Positions 22,501 to 35,344 of a stretch of DNA of 64,000 bases are shown piece by piece. The first letter of the stretch is position 1; the number at the start of each line of letters is the position of its first letter. Position numbers and translations under genes: made by a program. This DNA is from Escherichia coli (GTDB lineage Bacteria > Pseudomonadota > Gammaproteobacteria > Enterobacterales > Enterobacteriaceae), in the NCBI RefSeq assembly GCF_001677475.2, contig NZ_CP015229.1; one strand, 5' to 3'. The notes under the pieces are model-generated. The model was not told the origin of the DNA and did no database searches. It worked only from the letters and a program-made list of their open reading frames with translations.

Positions 22501-24123
22501 ATGAAAGTGACATTAACGTTTAACGAACAACGTCGTGCGGCGTATCGTCAGCAAGGGCTATGGGGCGATGCTTCGCTGGCCGATTACTGGCAGCAGACCG
22601 CTCGTGCGATGCCTGACAAAATTGCCGTGGTCGATAATCATGGAGCATCGTACACCTATAGCGCGCTCGATCACGCCGCGAGCTGTCTGGCAAACTGGAT
22701 GTTAGCGAAGGGGATTGAATCAGGCGATCGCATCGCATTTCAACTGCCAGGCTGGTGTGAATTTACCGTTATCTATCTTGCCTGCCTGAAAACCGGTGCG
22801 GTTTCCGTACCGCTGTTGCCTTCCTGGCGGGAAGCAGAACTGGTATGGGTACTCAATAAGTGTCAGGCAAAAATGTTCTTTGCACCGACGTTGTTTAAAC
22901 AAACGCGTCCGGTAGATTTAATCCTGCCGCTGCAAAATCAGCTTCCACAACTACAACAAATTGTCGGCGTGGACAAACTGGCTCCCGCCACCTCTGCTCT
23001 CTCATTAAGTCAGATTATCGCCGACAATACTCCTCTGACCACGGCGATAACGGTCCACGGCGATGAATTAGCCGCGGTGCTGTTTACCTCCGGAACCGAG
23101 GGTCTGCCAAAGGGCGTGATGCTAACGCATAACAATATTCTCGCCAGTGAGCGGGCTTATTGCGCGCGGCTGAATCTGACCTGGCAGGATGTCTTTATGA
23201 TGCCTGCGCCACTTGGTCACGCAACGGGCTTTCTGCATGGCGTAACAGCACCATTTTTAATTGGTGCTCGCAGCGTGTTGTTAGATATTTTCACTCCTGA
23301 TGCGTGTCTCGCGCTGCTTGAGCAGCAGCGTTGCACCTGTATGCTCGGCGCAACGCCGTTTGTCTATGATCTTTTGAATTTACTGGAGAAACAACCCGCA
23401 GACCTTTCAGCGCTGCGCTTCTTTCTTTGCGGCGGGACCACAATCCCCAAAAAAGTGGCGCGTGAATGCCAGCAGCGCGGCATTAAATTATTAAGTGTTT
23501 ATGGTTCCACAGAAAGTTCGCCGCATGCGGTGGTGAATCTCGATGATCCTTTGTCGCGCTTTATGCACACCGATGGTTACGCTGCCGCAGGTGTAGAGAT
23601 TAAAGTGGTCGATGACGCACGCAAGACCTTACCGCCAGGTTGCGAAGGTGAAGAAGCCTCGCGTGGCCCCAATGTGTTTATGGGGTATTTTGATGAACCT
23701 GAATTAACTGCCCGTGCGCTGGATGAAGAAGGCTGGTATTACAGCGGCGATCTCTGCCGTATGGATGAGGCTGGCTATATAAAAATTACCGGACGCAAAA
23801 AAGATATTATTGTCCGCGGCGGCGAAAATATTAGCAGCCGTGAAGTGGAAGATATTTTATTGCAGCATCCTAAAATTCACGATGCCTGTGTGGTTGCAAT
23901 GCCCGATGAACGTTTAGGTGAACGATCATGCGCTTATGTCGTGCTGAAAGCACCGCATCATTCATTATCGCTGGAAGAGGTGGTGGCTTTTTTTAGCCGT
24001 AAACGGGTCGCAAAATATAAATATCCTGAACTTATCGTGGTAATCGAAAAACTACCGCGCACTGCCTCAGGTAAAATACAAAAGTTTTTGTTAAGAAAAG
24101 ATATTATGCGGCGGTTAACTTAG
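22501..24123 (+). CDS. fadK: short-chain acyl-CoA synthetase (anaerobic)
   Basis: ORF 22447..24123; AMP-binding motif FTSGTEGLPKGV; start uncertain (22447 or 22501, MKVTLTFNEQ). Confidence 0.85.
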   Translation: MKVTLTFNEQRRAAYRQQGLWGDASLADYWQQTARAMPDKIAVVDNHGASYTYSALDHAASCLANWMLAKGIESGDRIAFQLPGWCEFTVIYLACLKTGAVSVPLLPSWREAELVWVLNKCQAKMFFAPTLFKQTRPVDLILPLQNQLPQLQQIVGVDKLAPATSALSLSQIIADNTPLTTAITVHGDELAAVLFTSGTEGLPKGVMLTHNNILASERAYCARLNLTWQDVFMMPAPLGHATGFLHGVTAPFLIGARSVLLDIFTPDACLALLEQQRCTCMLGATPFVYDLLNLLEKQPADLSALRFFLCGGTTIPKKVARECQQRGIKLLSVYGSTESSPHAVVNLDDPLSRFMHTDGYAAAGVEIKVVDDARKTLPPGCEGEEASRGPNVFMGYFDEPELTARALDEEGWYYSGDLCRMDEAGYIKITGRKKDIIVRGGENISSREVEDILLQHPKIHDACVVAMPDERLGERSCAYVVLKAPHHSLSLEEVVAFFSRKRVAKYKYPELIVVIEKLPRTASGKIQKFLLRKDIMRRLT

Positions 24124-24172
24124 GATGTCTGTGAAGAGATTGAATAAGTTTCATCTTCGGGGATCACATAAA

Positions 24173-24200
24173 CCCGGCGACAAAACGCCGCCGGGTATTT
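24173..24200. terminator. bidirectional intrinsic terminator between convergent fadK and ppsA
   Basis: GC hairpin CCCGGCG...CGCCGGG flanked by T-rich tract on both strands. Confidence 0.5.
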
Positions 24201-24203
24201 ATT

Positions 24204-26582
24204 TTATTTCTTCAGTTCAGCCAGGCTTAACCAGGTTTGCACCACGGTGTCCGGATTCAGAGACAGGCTATCGATCCCCTCTTCCATCAACCATGCGGCA
24301 AAGTCTTCGTGGTCGGACGGGCCCTGACCGCAAATCCCGACATATTTGCCCTGTTTCTTCGCGGCACGGATAGCCATCGACAGCAATGCTTTCACCGCAT
24401 CGTTGCGCTCATCGAACAGTTCAGACACCACGCCGGAGTCACGGTCCAGGCCGAGCGCCAGCTGCGTCATATCGTTTGAGCCAATTGAGAAGCCGTCGAA
24501 ATATTCGAGGAACTGCTCTGCCAGCAAGGCGTTGGACGGGATTTCACACATCATGATGATTTTCAGCCCGTTCTCACCACGTTTCAGCCCCTGACGCGCC
24601 AGTTCCTCAACCACCGCTTTCGCCTGATCTACGGTACGCACGAACGGGATCATGATCTCAACGTTGGTCAGCCCCATGTCGTTGCGCACACGTTTCACTG
24701 CTTCACACTCCAGCGCGAAACAGTCGCGGAAGCTGTCGGAAACATAGCGGCCCGCGCCACGGAAGCCGAGCATCGGGTTCTCTTCATCTGGCTCGTAACG
24801 CTCACCACCGACCAGGTTGGCATATTCGTTCGATTTAAAATCAGAGAGACGGACAATGACGCGCTTCGGATAAAACGCGGCACCCAGCGTCGCGATCCCT
24901 TCAGTCAGACGACCAACGTAAAATTCACGCGGAGAATCAAAACCTTTCATCATCTCGCGGATTTCGTTTTGCAACTGCGGTTCCTGATCGTCAAACTCAA
25001 GCAGTGCGCGTGGGTGGACGCCAATCATACGGTTGATGATAAATTCCAGACGCGCAAGGCCCACGCCTTCGTTCGGCAGGCAGGCGAAGTCGAAAGCACG
25101 GTCCGGGTTACCGACGTTCATCATCACTTTCAACGGCAGATCCGGCATCGTTTCTACGCTGGAGCTTTTCACGCTAAATTCCAGCAACTCCGCATAGACG
25201 TAACCAGTATCACCTTCGGCACAAGAAACAGTGACGTTCTCACCGTCTTTCATCCGTTCTGTTGCATCACCACAGCCCACTACCGCCGGAATGCCCAGTT
25301 CACGAGCGATGATCGCCGCGTGACAGGTACGACCGCCACGGTTGGTGACGATGGCAGATGCTTTCTTCATGATCGGTTCCCAGTCCGGGTCGGTCATGTC
25401 AGTGACCAGCACGTCACCAGGTTCGATGCGGTTCATTTCGCTGATGTCATGGATGACTTTCACCGGACCCGCACCGATGCGATGACCGATAGCACGGCCT
25501 TCGGCGATAATCTTACCCTGTGAATGCAGCGTATAACGCTCCATGACCTGACCGCGTGAGCGCACGGTTTCCGGACGCGCCTGCACAATGAACAGTTTAC
25601 CGGTGTGGCCATCTTTCGCCCACTCAATATCCATCGGGCGACCGTAGTGTTTCTCAATTTGTACGGCCTGTTTTGCCAGTTCCTGCACTTCTTCGTTGGT
25701 CAGCGAGAAGATGTCACGCTGTTCCTGCGGTACGTCTTCGATTTTAACCTGCTTGCCGTGCTCCTGGGTCGGCGCGTAGACCATGCGTATTTTTTTCGAC
25801 CCCATGGTGCGGCGCACGATAGCCGGGCGATTCGCCGCCAGTGTCGGTTTATGCACGTAAAACTCATCCGGGTTAACCGCACCCTGCACGACCATTTCCC
25901 CAAGGCCCCATGCGGAAGTGATAAATACCACCTGGTCAAAGCCGGATTCGGTATCAATGGAGAACATCACGCCAGAAGATGCGAGGTCGGAGCGCACCAT
26001 CCGCTGAACACCGGCAGAGAGAGCCACGCCACGGTGATCGTAACCCTGGTGCACACGATAAGAGATGGCGCGATCGTTAAACAGAGAAGCAAATACATGC
26101 TTCACTGCCACGAGAACGGCGTCAAAACCCTGAACGTTGAGGAAGGTTTCCTGCTGACCGGCAAAGGAAGCGTCCGGCATGTCTTCTGCGGTGGCGGAGG
26201 AGCGTACCGCAAAAGAGGCGTTTTCGTCATCGGCGGAAAGCTGTGCATAGGCTTCGCGGATGGCGTTTTCCAGCTCAGGCTGGAAGGGAGTGTCGATAAT
26301 CCACTGGCGGATTTGCGCGCCCGCTTTCGCAAGCTGAGTAACATCGTCAATATCCGTTTTATCCAGCAGTTCATAAATGCGCTGGTTTACGCCGCTTTGG
26401 TCCAGAAACTGGTTAAACGCGTCGGCGGTTGTGGCGAAACCATTCGGAACGGAAACACCCATCCCAGAAAGGTTAGTAATCATTTCACCCAGGGAGGCAT
26501 TTTTGCCCCCAACCCTGTCTACATCATTCATGCCGAGTTGGTTATACCAAAGCACCAGCGGTGACGAGCCATTGTTGGACAT
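24204..26582 (-). CDS. ppsA: phosphoenolpyruvate synthase
   Basis: 792-aa ORF; PEP-utilising enzyme motifs ([17 protein letters not shown]); synteny with ppsR. Confidence 0.95.
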   Translation of the reverse strand: MSNNGSSPLVLWYNQLGMNDVDRVGGKNASLGEMITNLSGMGVSVPNGFATTADAFNQFLDQSGVNQRIYELLDKTDIDDVTQLAKAGAQIRQWIIDTPFQPELENAIREAYAQLSADDENASFAVRSSATAEDMPDASFAGQQETFLNVQGFDAVLVAVKHVFASLFNDRAISYRVHQGYDHRGVALSAGVQRMVRSDLASSGVMFSIDTESGFDQVVFITSAWGLGEMVVQGAVNPDEFYVHKPTLAANRPAIVRRTMGSKKIRMVYAPTQEHGKQVKIEDVPQEQRDIFSLTNEEVQELAKQAVQIEKHYGRPMDIEWAKDGHTGKLFIVQARPETVRSRGQVMERYTLHSQGKIIAEGRAIGHRIGAGPVKVIHDISEMNRIEPGDVLVTDMTDPDWEPIMKKASAIVTNRGGRTCHAAIIARELGIPAVVGCGDATERMKDGENVTVSCAEGDTGYVYAELLEFSVKSSSVETMPDLPLKVMMNVGNPDRAFDFACLPNEGVGLARLEFIINRMIGVHPRALLEFDDQEPQLQNEIREMMKGFDSPREFYVGRLTEGIATLGAAFYPKRVIVRLSDFKSNEYANLVGGERYEPDEENPMLGFRGAGRYVSDSFRDCFALECEAVKRVRNDMGLTNVEIMIPFVRTVDQAKAVVEELARQGLKRGENGLKIIMMCEIPSNALLAEQFLEYFDGFSIGSNDMTQLALGLDRDSGVVSELFDERNDAVKALLSMAIRAAKKQGKYVGICGQGPSDHEDFAAWLMEEGIDSLSLNPDTVVQTWLSLAELKK

Positions 26583-26913
26583 CGAACAATCCTTTTGTGA
26601 TAAATGAACGGTTTGAGAAACACATTTCTGCGCATTTATCTTTGCATATTTAACCGGATGAAAAAAACGGTGAATCGTTCAAGCAAATATATTTTTTACT
26701 TTTTAAGACTGATCCCAGCGTTGCGCAAATCTGCTCTCTTCGACAATTTCCACATAAACCATCGGTATAAACGAAACCATAAAAATGAAATGCTGTTTTC
26801 ATAAAAAATAAAATTGAAGGTTCATTTTATAATCCAGACATAACGTCCTACGCTTCTGTGCGTTTTTAATTTATGCTTTCATAGAATTATGTCTGCATCA
26901 CGGGAAGAACAAA

Positions 26914-27747
26914 ATGGATAATGCTGTTGATCGCCACGTTTTTTATATTTCTGATGGTACGGCAATAACTGCGGAGGTATTAGGACACGCAGTAATGTCA
27001 CAATTTCCCGTCACTATCAGCAGCATTACGCTGCCGTTTGTCGAAAATGAGAGCCGTGCACGGGCAGTGAAGGAGCAGATTGACGCAATTTATCACCAGA
27101 CAGGTGTGCGCCCGCTGGTCTTCTACTCCATCGTGTTGCCTGAGATTCGCGCCATCATCTTGCAAAGTGAAGGCTTTTGCCAGGATATTGTTCAGGCGCT
27201 GGTTGCCCCGCTACAACAAGAGATGAAACTGGATCCAACGCCGATTGCTCATCGTACCCATGGCCTTAACCCTAATAATCTCAATAAATATGATGCGCGC
27301 ATTGCGGCGATTGATTACACCCTCGCCCACGATGACGGCATTTCGTTGCGCAATCTGGACCAGGCTCAGGTGATCCTGCTCGGTGTTTCTCGCTGTGGTA
27401 AAACCCCCACCAGTCTGTATCTGGCAATGCAGTTTGGTATCCGCGCGGCAAACTACCCCTTTATTGCCGACGATATGGACAACCTGGTGCTACCCACGTC
27501 GCTCAAACCGCTTCAGCATAAATTGTTCGGCCTGACTATCGACCCAGAGCGGCTGGCGGCAATTCGTGAAGAGCGTCGGGAGAACAGTCGCTACGCCTCG
27601 CTTCGTCAGTGCAGGATGGAAGTCGCGGAAGTGGAAGCGTTGTACCGTAAAAATCAGATCCCGTGGATTAACAGTACCAATTATTCGGTAGAAGAGATTG
27701 CCACCAAGATCCTCGATATCATGGGTCTTAGCCGCCGAATGTACTAG
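26914..27747 (+). CDS. ppsR: PEP synthase regulatory protein (kinase/pyrophosphorylase)
   Basis: 277-aa ORF; P-loop [11 protein letters not shown]; divergent from ppsA. Confidence 0.9.
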   Translation: MDNAVDRHVFYISDGTAITAEVLGHAVMSQFPVTISSITLPFVENESRARAVKEQIDAIYHQTGVRPLVFYSIVLPEIRAIILQSEGFCQDIVQALVAPLQQEMKLDPTPIAHRTHGLNPNNLNKYDARIAAIDYTLAHDDGISLRNLDQAQVILLGVSRCGKTPTSLYLAMQFGIRAANYPFIADDMDNLVLPTSLKPLQHKLFGLTIDPERLAAIREERRENSRYASLRQCRMEVAEVEALYRKNQIPWINSTNYSVEEIATKILDIMGLSRRMY

Positions 27748-27760
27748 AGAACTAGTGCAT
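27741..27760. promoter_or_regulatory. TrpR operator-like palindrome upstream of aroH
   Basis: GTACTAGAGAACTAGTGCAT resembles trp operator half-sites (GTACTAG..CTAGT.C); aroH is known to be TrpR-repressed. Confidence 0.6.
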
Positions 27761-27903
27761 TAGCTTGTTTTTTTGTTATCATGCTAACCACCCGGCGAGG
27801 TGTGACACACCTCGCACTTGAAATCAGCAGCGATTGGTTTATCGTGATGCGCATCACTTCCCGGCAGTCCTGCCGTAGAAGCAACAAATTTCTGAGACTT
27901 GTA

Positions 27904-28950
27904 ATGAACAGAACTGACGAACTCCGTACTGCGCGTATTGAGAGCCTGGTAACGCCCGCCGAACTCGCGCTACGGTATCCCGTAACGCCTGGCGTCGCCA
28001 CCCATGTCACCGACTCCCGCCGCAGAATTGAAAAAATACTGAATGGTGAAGATAAGCGACTGTTGGTCATTATTGGCCCCTGCTCGATCCACGATCTCAC
28101 CGCTGCAATGGAGTACGCCACCCGTCTGCAGTCGCTGCGCAACCAGTACCAGTCACGGCTGGAAATCGTAATGCGCACCTATTTTGAAAAACCACGAACT
28201 GTTGTCGGCTGGAAAGGACTAATCTCCGATCCGGATTTAAACGGTAGCTATCGGGTAAATCACGGTCTGGAGCTGGCGCGCAAATTACTTTTACAGGTAA
28301 ATGAGCTGGGCGTCCCTACCGCGACTGAGTTCCTCGATATGGTGACCGGTCAGTTTATTGCTGATTTAATCAGTTGGGGCGCGATTGGCGCACGTACTAC
28401 CGAAAGTCAGATCCACCGTGAAATGGCTTCGGCACTCTCCTGTCCGGTAGGTTTTAAAAATGGTACCGATGGCAACACGCGGATTGCCGTAGATGCTATC
28501 CGCGCAGCCCGCGCCAGCCATATGTTCCTCTCGCCAGACAAAAACGGTCAGATGACCATCTATCAGACCAGTGGCAACCCGTATGGCCATATTATTATGC
28601 GTGGCGGCAAAAAACCGAATTACCATGCCGATGATATCGCCGCAGCCTGCAATACGCTGCACGAGTTTGATTTACCTGAACATCTGGTGGTGGATTTCAG
28701 CCACGGTAACTGCCAGAAGCAGCACCGTCGCCAGTTAGAAGTTTGTGAGGATATTTGTCAGCAAATCCGCAATGGCTCTACGGCGATTGCTGGAATTATG
28801 GCGGAAAGTTTCCTGCGCGAAGGAACGCAAAAAATCGTCGGCGGTCAGCCGCTCACTTACGGTCAATCGATTACCGACCCGTGTCTGGGCTGGGAAGATA
28901 CCGAACGCCTGGTCGAAAAACTCGCCTCTGCGGTAGATACCCGCTTCTGA
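27904..28950 (+). CDS. aroH: DAHP synthase, Trp-sensitive
   Basis: ORF 27781..28950; start set at MNRTDELRTARI giving 348 aa; class I DAHP synthase; synteny. Confidence 0.9.
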   Translation: MNRTDELRTARIESLVTPAELALRYPVTPGVATHVTDSRRRIEKILNGEDKRLLVIIGPCSIHDLTAAMEYATRLQSLRNQYQSRLEIVMRTYFEKPRTVVGWKGLISDPDLNGSYRVNHGLELARKLLLQVNELGVPTATEFLDMVTGQFIADLISWGAIGARTTESQIHREMASALSCPVGFKNGTDGNTRIAVDAIRAARASHMFLSPDKNGQMTIYQTSGNPYGHIIMRGGKKPNYHADDIAAACNTLHEFDLPEHLVVDFSHGNCQKQHRRQLEVCEDICQQIRNGSTAIAGIMAESFLREGTQKIVGGQPLTYGQSITDPCLGWEDTERLVEKLASAVDTRF

Positions 28951-28954
28951 ATGC

Positions 28955-28982
28955 GTGCCCATTCCTGACGGAATGGGCACTT
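28955..28982 (+). terminator. putative terminator after aroH
   Basis: 10-bp stem GTGCCCATTC/GAATGGGCAC with 6-nt loop right after the aroH stop. Confidence 0.45.
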
Positions 28983-29081
28983 CTGCGCAACTTGTTGTCT
29001 TCTCAACACATTACTGCTTGCTCTGGCCCGCTATAATATTGATAATAAGAATCATTGTTATATCAATTATTATTAATTTTT

Positions 29082-29273
29082 ATGCGTTATACGGATAGCA
29101 GAAAACTCACGCCTGAAACGGATGCCAATCACAAGACCGCTTCCCCGCAGCCCATCCGGCGAATAACCAGCCAGACACTGTTAGGGCCGGATGGCAAACT
29201 GATTATCGATCATGACGGGCAAGAATATCTGCTCCGTAAAACTCAGGCTGGCAAGCTGCTGTTGACCAAGTAG
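29082..29273 (+). CDS. ydiE: HemP-like small protein
   Basis: ORF 29055..29273; start at [12 protein letters not shown] giving 63 aa; synteny. Confidence 0.7.
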   Translation: MRYTDSRKLTPETDANHKTASPQPIRRITSQTLLGPDGKLIIDHDGQEYLLRKTQAGKLLLTK

Positions 29274-29276
29274 CCT

Positions 29277-30752
<1,476 letters not shown>

Positions 30753-30775
30753 TTAAACACCAGCAAACAGGAGGG

Positions 30776-31489
30776 TTATCGCTGAACCAACGTCGTTATC
30801 TGATTTACAGGAACGGCAGGCCACAGGCATCCCTGGAGAGCATGGAAATCGAAGGGGGTAATCTGTGCCATTATTTCTGGCGTATCAATGCCCCCCGCGA
30901 TGATGCAATTGCAACATGGGGAAATTTGCGCCTGGATCGCACGAATAAACGGTTCGAAGGAGCGATGCGTGATTTGTTGCTGAATAAAACTTTTATCCAG
31001 CATGACGCGGGTGAAAAGACCATCAAAAACCGCTTTCATTGTGCTATTGCCTGCGCCCAAATTACCTAACACAAGGGGATACATTTGCGATAAGGACAAA
31101 AGATCGCGATTATCTTTTCCTTCATCGAGATGCGGGTAATTCTCATTAATCAACAGTTCAATAAACGGATATTTTAATAGTTCGCCCGCGTAATTATCCC
31201 TGTCTAATAATAATGTAGCCACTTGTGGCGTTAAATTAAGCCAGGCAAAGAGTTTATGTTGAATAAAAAAGTGTTGGCATGATTTTAGTAATTCCAACTG
31301 CTCTGAAAATAATTGCCAATGTTGCTCCTCGGTAAGTTGCGCTATAACCCGACTCGTCGGGATACGAACCGTACCATCTTCACTGGAGAAATGGGTAATT
31401 AACTCAACGCCGACAAGGTCTTGCTGGTTATCTCTTATCGGCAGGAAATAGCAATCAGAATGATAAAGATTCTCCAAAAAAATCTTCAT
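30776..31489 (-). CDS. ydiV: EAL-like anti-FlhD4C2 factor
   Basis: 237-aa ORF; degenerate EAL domain; synteny. Confidence 0.85.
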   Translation of the reverse strand: MKIFLENLYHSDCYFLPIRDNQQDLVGVELITHFSSEDGTVRIPTSRVIAQLTEEQHWQLFSEQLELLKSCQHFFIQHKLFAWLNLTPQVATLLLDRDNYAGELLKYPFIELLINENYPHLDEGKDNRDLLSLSQMYPLVLGNLGAGNSTMKAVFDGLFTRVMLDKSFIQQQITHRSFEPFIRAIQAQISPCCNCIIAGGIDTPEIMAQITPFDFHALQGCLWPAVPVNQITTLVQR

Positions 31490-31735
31490 GGTAACCGTCC
31501 CTCTCGAAGGATGTTTTTCAGTATCCGGCTAAAAGGGATGAGGCCATAAGACATAACAATTACAGAAGGAGTAACTTTCATTTGTTCCATGTTAACCACT
31601 TTTTCAGGGGTCCTTTTTTTAGATTATCCTGATTATAAACGAATAATCCATTTACGGAATTTTTGTCTGCAAAATACTACTGTATTCTGGAGTAAATTGA
31701 CGGCGATGTATCATCGCCGTCAATTTTTCGACATA

Positions 31736-32200
31736 CTAGATTCGTCTCGCCTGCCAGAAATTTTTCTGCCAATAGACATTATCAAGTGAGGAACGCATCA
31801 CTCCCTTGCTGGTAGAGGCGTGGATAAATTGGTTGTTGGTATCATAAATACCTACATGCAAACCATTTTGTCCGGAGCCCGTTTTGAAAAAGACCAGGTC
31901 ACCTGGCAGCAACTCGTCTTTATCAATTTGCGTGCCGATAGAGGCTTGTTGTTTGGTTTCACGGGGCAGCTGCAAATCGAAACGATCGCGCATCGTCACA
32001 ACCACAAATCCCGAACAGTCCACACCGCGCCGCGTCATGCCACCATAACGATACGGCGTGCCATGCCAGCTCTGTAGCTGGTCGTTCAAACCGGCAATAA
32101 CGGTAATCGAATCAGAAAGTCTGGCATTTGGCGGCGGTGCTTTATGGTGGCTACACCCGGCCAGAAACAGTGCTGTGATCAAAATAAGGCAGAAACGCAT
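31736..32200 (-). CDS. nlpC: NlpC/P60 family lipoprotein
   Basis: 154-aa ORF; lipobox LAGC; NlpC/P60 Cys (DCSGF) and His; synteny. Confidence 0.9.
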   Translation of the reverse strand: MRFCLILITALFLAGCSHHKAPPPNARLSDSITVIAGLNDQLQSWHGTPYRYGGMTRRGVDCSGFVVVTMRDRFDLQLPRETKQQASIGTQIDKDELLPGDLVFFKTGSGQNGLHVGIYDTNNQFIHASTSKGVMRSSLDNVYWQKNFWQARRI

Positions 32201-32277
32201 TCCGTACGGTTCCTCTGTTTTTTATTCTTGCATTAATTTAGCGTCGTAATTACCCGATTTTCAAGATACTAATGAAA

Positions 32278-33027
32278 TCAGATGGTCGAAATCAGCATTC
32301 TGTGACCTTCGATATCCAGACGGCGAAAATTCATCCCATAGGCCTGCGCCAGATTTGGCGGCGTGAGCACCTCTTCTCTGCGTCCACTGGCCAGCATTTT
32401 TCCACCTTTTAGCAACCACGCCCGATGCGCATGACGCAATGTGTGGTTGAGATCGTGACTGCTCATCACAATCGCCAGTCCTTGCTGACACAGCGCGCTC
32501 AGAATTTTGTCTAACGCACTTTGTTGCGCAACATCAAGACTGTTCATCGGCTCATCAAGAAGCAGCAATTGGCCTGCGGGATTGGCTTGTGGTGTGATTT
32601 GCAGCACCACCGCAGCAAGACGTACGCGTTGCCATTCACCGCCGGAAAGTTGATTGGTGCTACGTCCGAGTTTGTCATCAAGAGCCAGCGCCCCTGCGAC
32701 ATCATTCAGTAGTTCGGTACGCGTTTTATCGTGCTGATGCAATGTCAGGTAGTGCCAGACCGGCATTGCAAACGGCGGCGTCTGCTGTTGTGAAAGATAG
32801 GCGCGATGCAGCGCGAGTTTTGTTGCGGACCATGCTTCCAGTGGTTGCCCCGCGAACTGAATGCTTCCCTTACCGCTGGTCATTCCGGCCATTCGCGCCA
32901 GTAAGGTACTCTTACCCGCGCCATTCGGCCCCACCAGGTGCAGGATCTCCCCAGCCCGAACCTCGCCAGAAAGCGGCCCCAGGCGGGTAGATTCCGCAAC
33001 ATCCTGTAACTGCATCACAATAGACAT
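32278..33027 (-). CDS. btuD: vitamin B12 ABC transporter ATPase
   Basis: 249-aa ORF; Walker [10 protein letters not shown], signature LSGGEWQR. Confidence 0.95.
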
Positions 33028-33578
33028 TATTTTGCCAACGCCAGTTTAATGCTTTCCATCACAATGGGATCTTCCGGCGTCATATCCGGGGAAAAACGCT
33101 GGATGACCAATCCGTCCCTGCCAACTAAAAATTTCTCAAAATTCCATAAAATATCATCAGGGTACAGCGGTGCACGACCTTTGCTGACCATACGGGCATA
33201 GAATCCGCTCTCTTCCGGCGCGACTGCGGTCGGCGCTGCGGCAATCAATTTTTGATACAGCGGATGGCGTCCTTCGCCATTAACTTCAATCTTACTGAAC
33301 ATCGGAAACGTCACCCCCCATGTGGTGGTACAGTAAGTTTTAATCTCTTCATCGCTGCCCGGTTCTTGTTCCAGAAACTGGTTGCACGGGAATCCCAGCA
33401 CCACAAAACCACGATCGGCCCAGGCTTTCTGAATATTCTCCAACTGCTCATATTGCGGCGTTAAGCCACACTTTGAGGCGACATTGACAATCAACAGCAC
33501 ATTACCAGCGTACTTCTCCAGCGTGGTCACTTCACCGTCGATATCTTTCACTACGGTCGTCAGAATGGAATCTTGCAT
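33027..33578 (-). CDS. btuE: glutathione-peroxidase-like protein
   Basis: 183-aa ORF; GPx-like active site region; between btuC and btuD. Confidence 0.9.
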
Positions 33579-33640
33579 CGTTTCTCCTGGGTGTGGTCAG
33601 TAAAAATCTTAGCTTTTAATCATAGACCGTCTTTTTGCGG

Positions 33641-34621
33641 CTAACGTCCTGCTTTTAACAATAACCAGATAAACACCGGCGCACCTAACGTTGCGGTGAC
33701 CACGCCAATAGGCAGCTCTGCGGCAGCTAATGCCAGGCGCGCTACAACATCGGCCAGCAGCAATGCGCTCGCCCCTGCCAGCGCGCAGCCTGGAAGTAAT
33801 ACGCGATGATCGGTTAAACCACACAGCCGGAGAATATGTGGGATCACCAGACCAATAAAGCCGATAGCACCCGCCAGCGCCACACTGACGCCAACCATCC
33901 AGCCGGTCACTGCGACCAACACATTGCGCCAGAACCACAGGGGTAAACCCAGTTGCCGCGCCGAGATCTCGCCAAGTGCTAACATATTCATCGGCCTGGA
34001 CTGACAACAGATCCACAACAACACGGGGATCAATGCCAGCATCAGCCAGCTTTGCCGCCAGTCTACGCCGCCAAAACCGCCCATCATCCAGTACATCAGC
34101 TGACGCAAATCAACAGAGGTGGAAAAGTAGATAGCCCACGTCATTAGTGCGCTACAGATAATCCCTAATGCAACGCCAGCCAGCAATAACCGACTGGTCG
34201 AAAGATGACGACGGGCGAAACGTAAGAGTATTAAAGTGATGATAAGCGCGCCAGCAATCGCACACAGCCCCAGCGCCCAGTTGGGGAGTTGCCCTTGCCC
34301 AAGCAATACCGCGGCGATAAGCCCCACGCCTGCGCCATTAGAGACGCCAAGTAGTCCAGGTTCTGCCAGAGGATTTTCAAACAACGCCTGCATTACTGCG
34401 CCGGATATAGCCAGCGCCGCACCAACCAGCAATACAGCCAGCGTACGTGGCAGGCGAATTTGCCAGACGAACAGTTCGCCACGAGGAGTAAACCAGTCAC
34501 CTGGCGAGATCCATTGTTCACCGGCGCAAAGGCTTAAGAGAAGCGCCAGCAGCATCAAAACTGACAGGCATAATAACCAGCGAATATTTTGTCGCTGTTG
34601 TTGGCGGGCAAGTGTCAGCAT
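33641..34621 (-). CDS. btuC: vitamin B12 ABC transporter permease
   Basis: 326-aa multi-TM ORF; FecCD-type permease; synteny. Confidence 0.95.
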   Translation of the reverse strand: MLTLARQQQRQNIRWLLCLSVLMLLALLLSLCAGEQWISPGDWFTPRGELFVWQIRLPRTLAVLLVGAALAISGAVMQALFENPLAEPGLLGVSNGAGVGLIAAVLLGQGQLPNWALGLCAIAGALIITLILLRFARRHLSTSRLLLAGVALGIICSALMTWAIYFSTSVDLRQLMYWMMGGFGGVDWRQSWLMLALIPVLLWICCQSRPMNMLALGEISARQLGLPLWFWRNVLVAVTGWMVGVSVALAGAIGFIGLVIPHILRLCGLTDHRVLLPGCALAGASALLLADVVARLALAAAELPIGVVTATLGAPVFIWLLLKAGR

Positions 34622-34682
34622 GGTATCCGTTCTGCTGAAGTGTCATGGCGTTGATTTTACGGTGACTCTTCGACAGTGAAAA

Positions 34683-34704
34683 GAAAAAAGGCCGCAGAGC
34701 GGCC
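34683..34704 (-). terminator. intrinsic terminator (minus strand) near left prophage boundary
   Basis: Hairpin GGCCGCTCTGCGGCC followed by T6 on the minus strand, about 110 bp downstream of the stop of ORF 34814..35344. Confidence 0.55.
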
Positions 34705-34813
34705 ATAAACACAAACAAAAATCAATAAGTTAGATAATTATCAAAGACTTACAGACACACAAAAACACAGCAAACCACAACAAATAACATAGATGTGGTC
34801 AATTTGTGGATCA

Positions 34814-35344
34814 TCATCCAACAAATTTAGCAACAAATACAGCAACCGCCGCCGTGAAAATGGTTGTGCATACTGGCACAATAATGCCACTCCAACGCCA
34901 CTTCGTATTATCATCAACCTTGTCAAACCGCCGATTCATCTCATCCATAATCTTGTCAAAGCGTTTATCCATCGCTTCGGTAAGCTCACCCTTCAGGCTG
35001 TTAATGTCTGATTTGAGCTGCTCTTTCAGGTTAGCTGTATCAGATTTAAGCTCACCTTTCAGATTCGCAATATCGCATTTAAGATCACCTTTCAGATTCG
35101 CAATGTCTGCTTTGAGCTCACCTTTAACCTCACCAACATCGGCTTTGGTTGAGAGGTTTGTAGTGCGTTCAGCAAGCGTCGCAAGGTCGTTTCTTGTTAG
35201 CGATAAATCACCTTCGAGCCGCTCAATTCGCCTTTCAAGTTTATCTGACATTCCGCCTCCACTATCACCGCCTCCCCCACCGAAAGAGTTGCCAATGTCC
35301 TCACGAATAAGGGTTATGCCATGCTCACTTTTAGCATATGCCAC
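34814..35344 (-). CDS. tail-anchored coiled-coil membrane protein with tandem 11-residue repeats (unknown function)
   Basis: 176-aa ORF; Gly-rich N-terminus, repeats DIANLKGDLKC/DIANLKGELKS/DTANLKEQLKS/DINSLKGELTE, single C-terminal TM helix; abuts upstream ORF. Confidence 0.6.
   Translation of the reverse strand: MAYAKSEHGITLIREDIGNSFGGGGGDSGGGMSDKLERRIERLEGDLSLTRNDLATLAERTTNLSTKADVGEVKGELKADIANLKGDLKCDIANLKGELKSDTANLKEQLKSDINSLKGELTEAMDKRFDKIMDEMNRRFDKVDDNTKWRWSGIIVPVCTTIFTAAVAVFVAKFVG
34993..35128. repeat. tandem ~33-bp direct repeats inside ORF 34814..35344
   Basis: Repeated units of the form CACCTTTCAGATTCGCAATnTCnnnTTTnAGnT visible in sequence (4 copies, degenerate). Confidence 0.7.
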
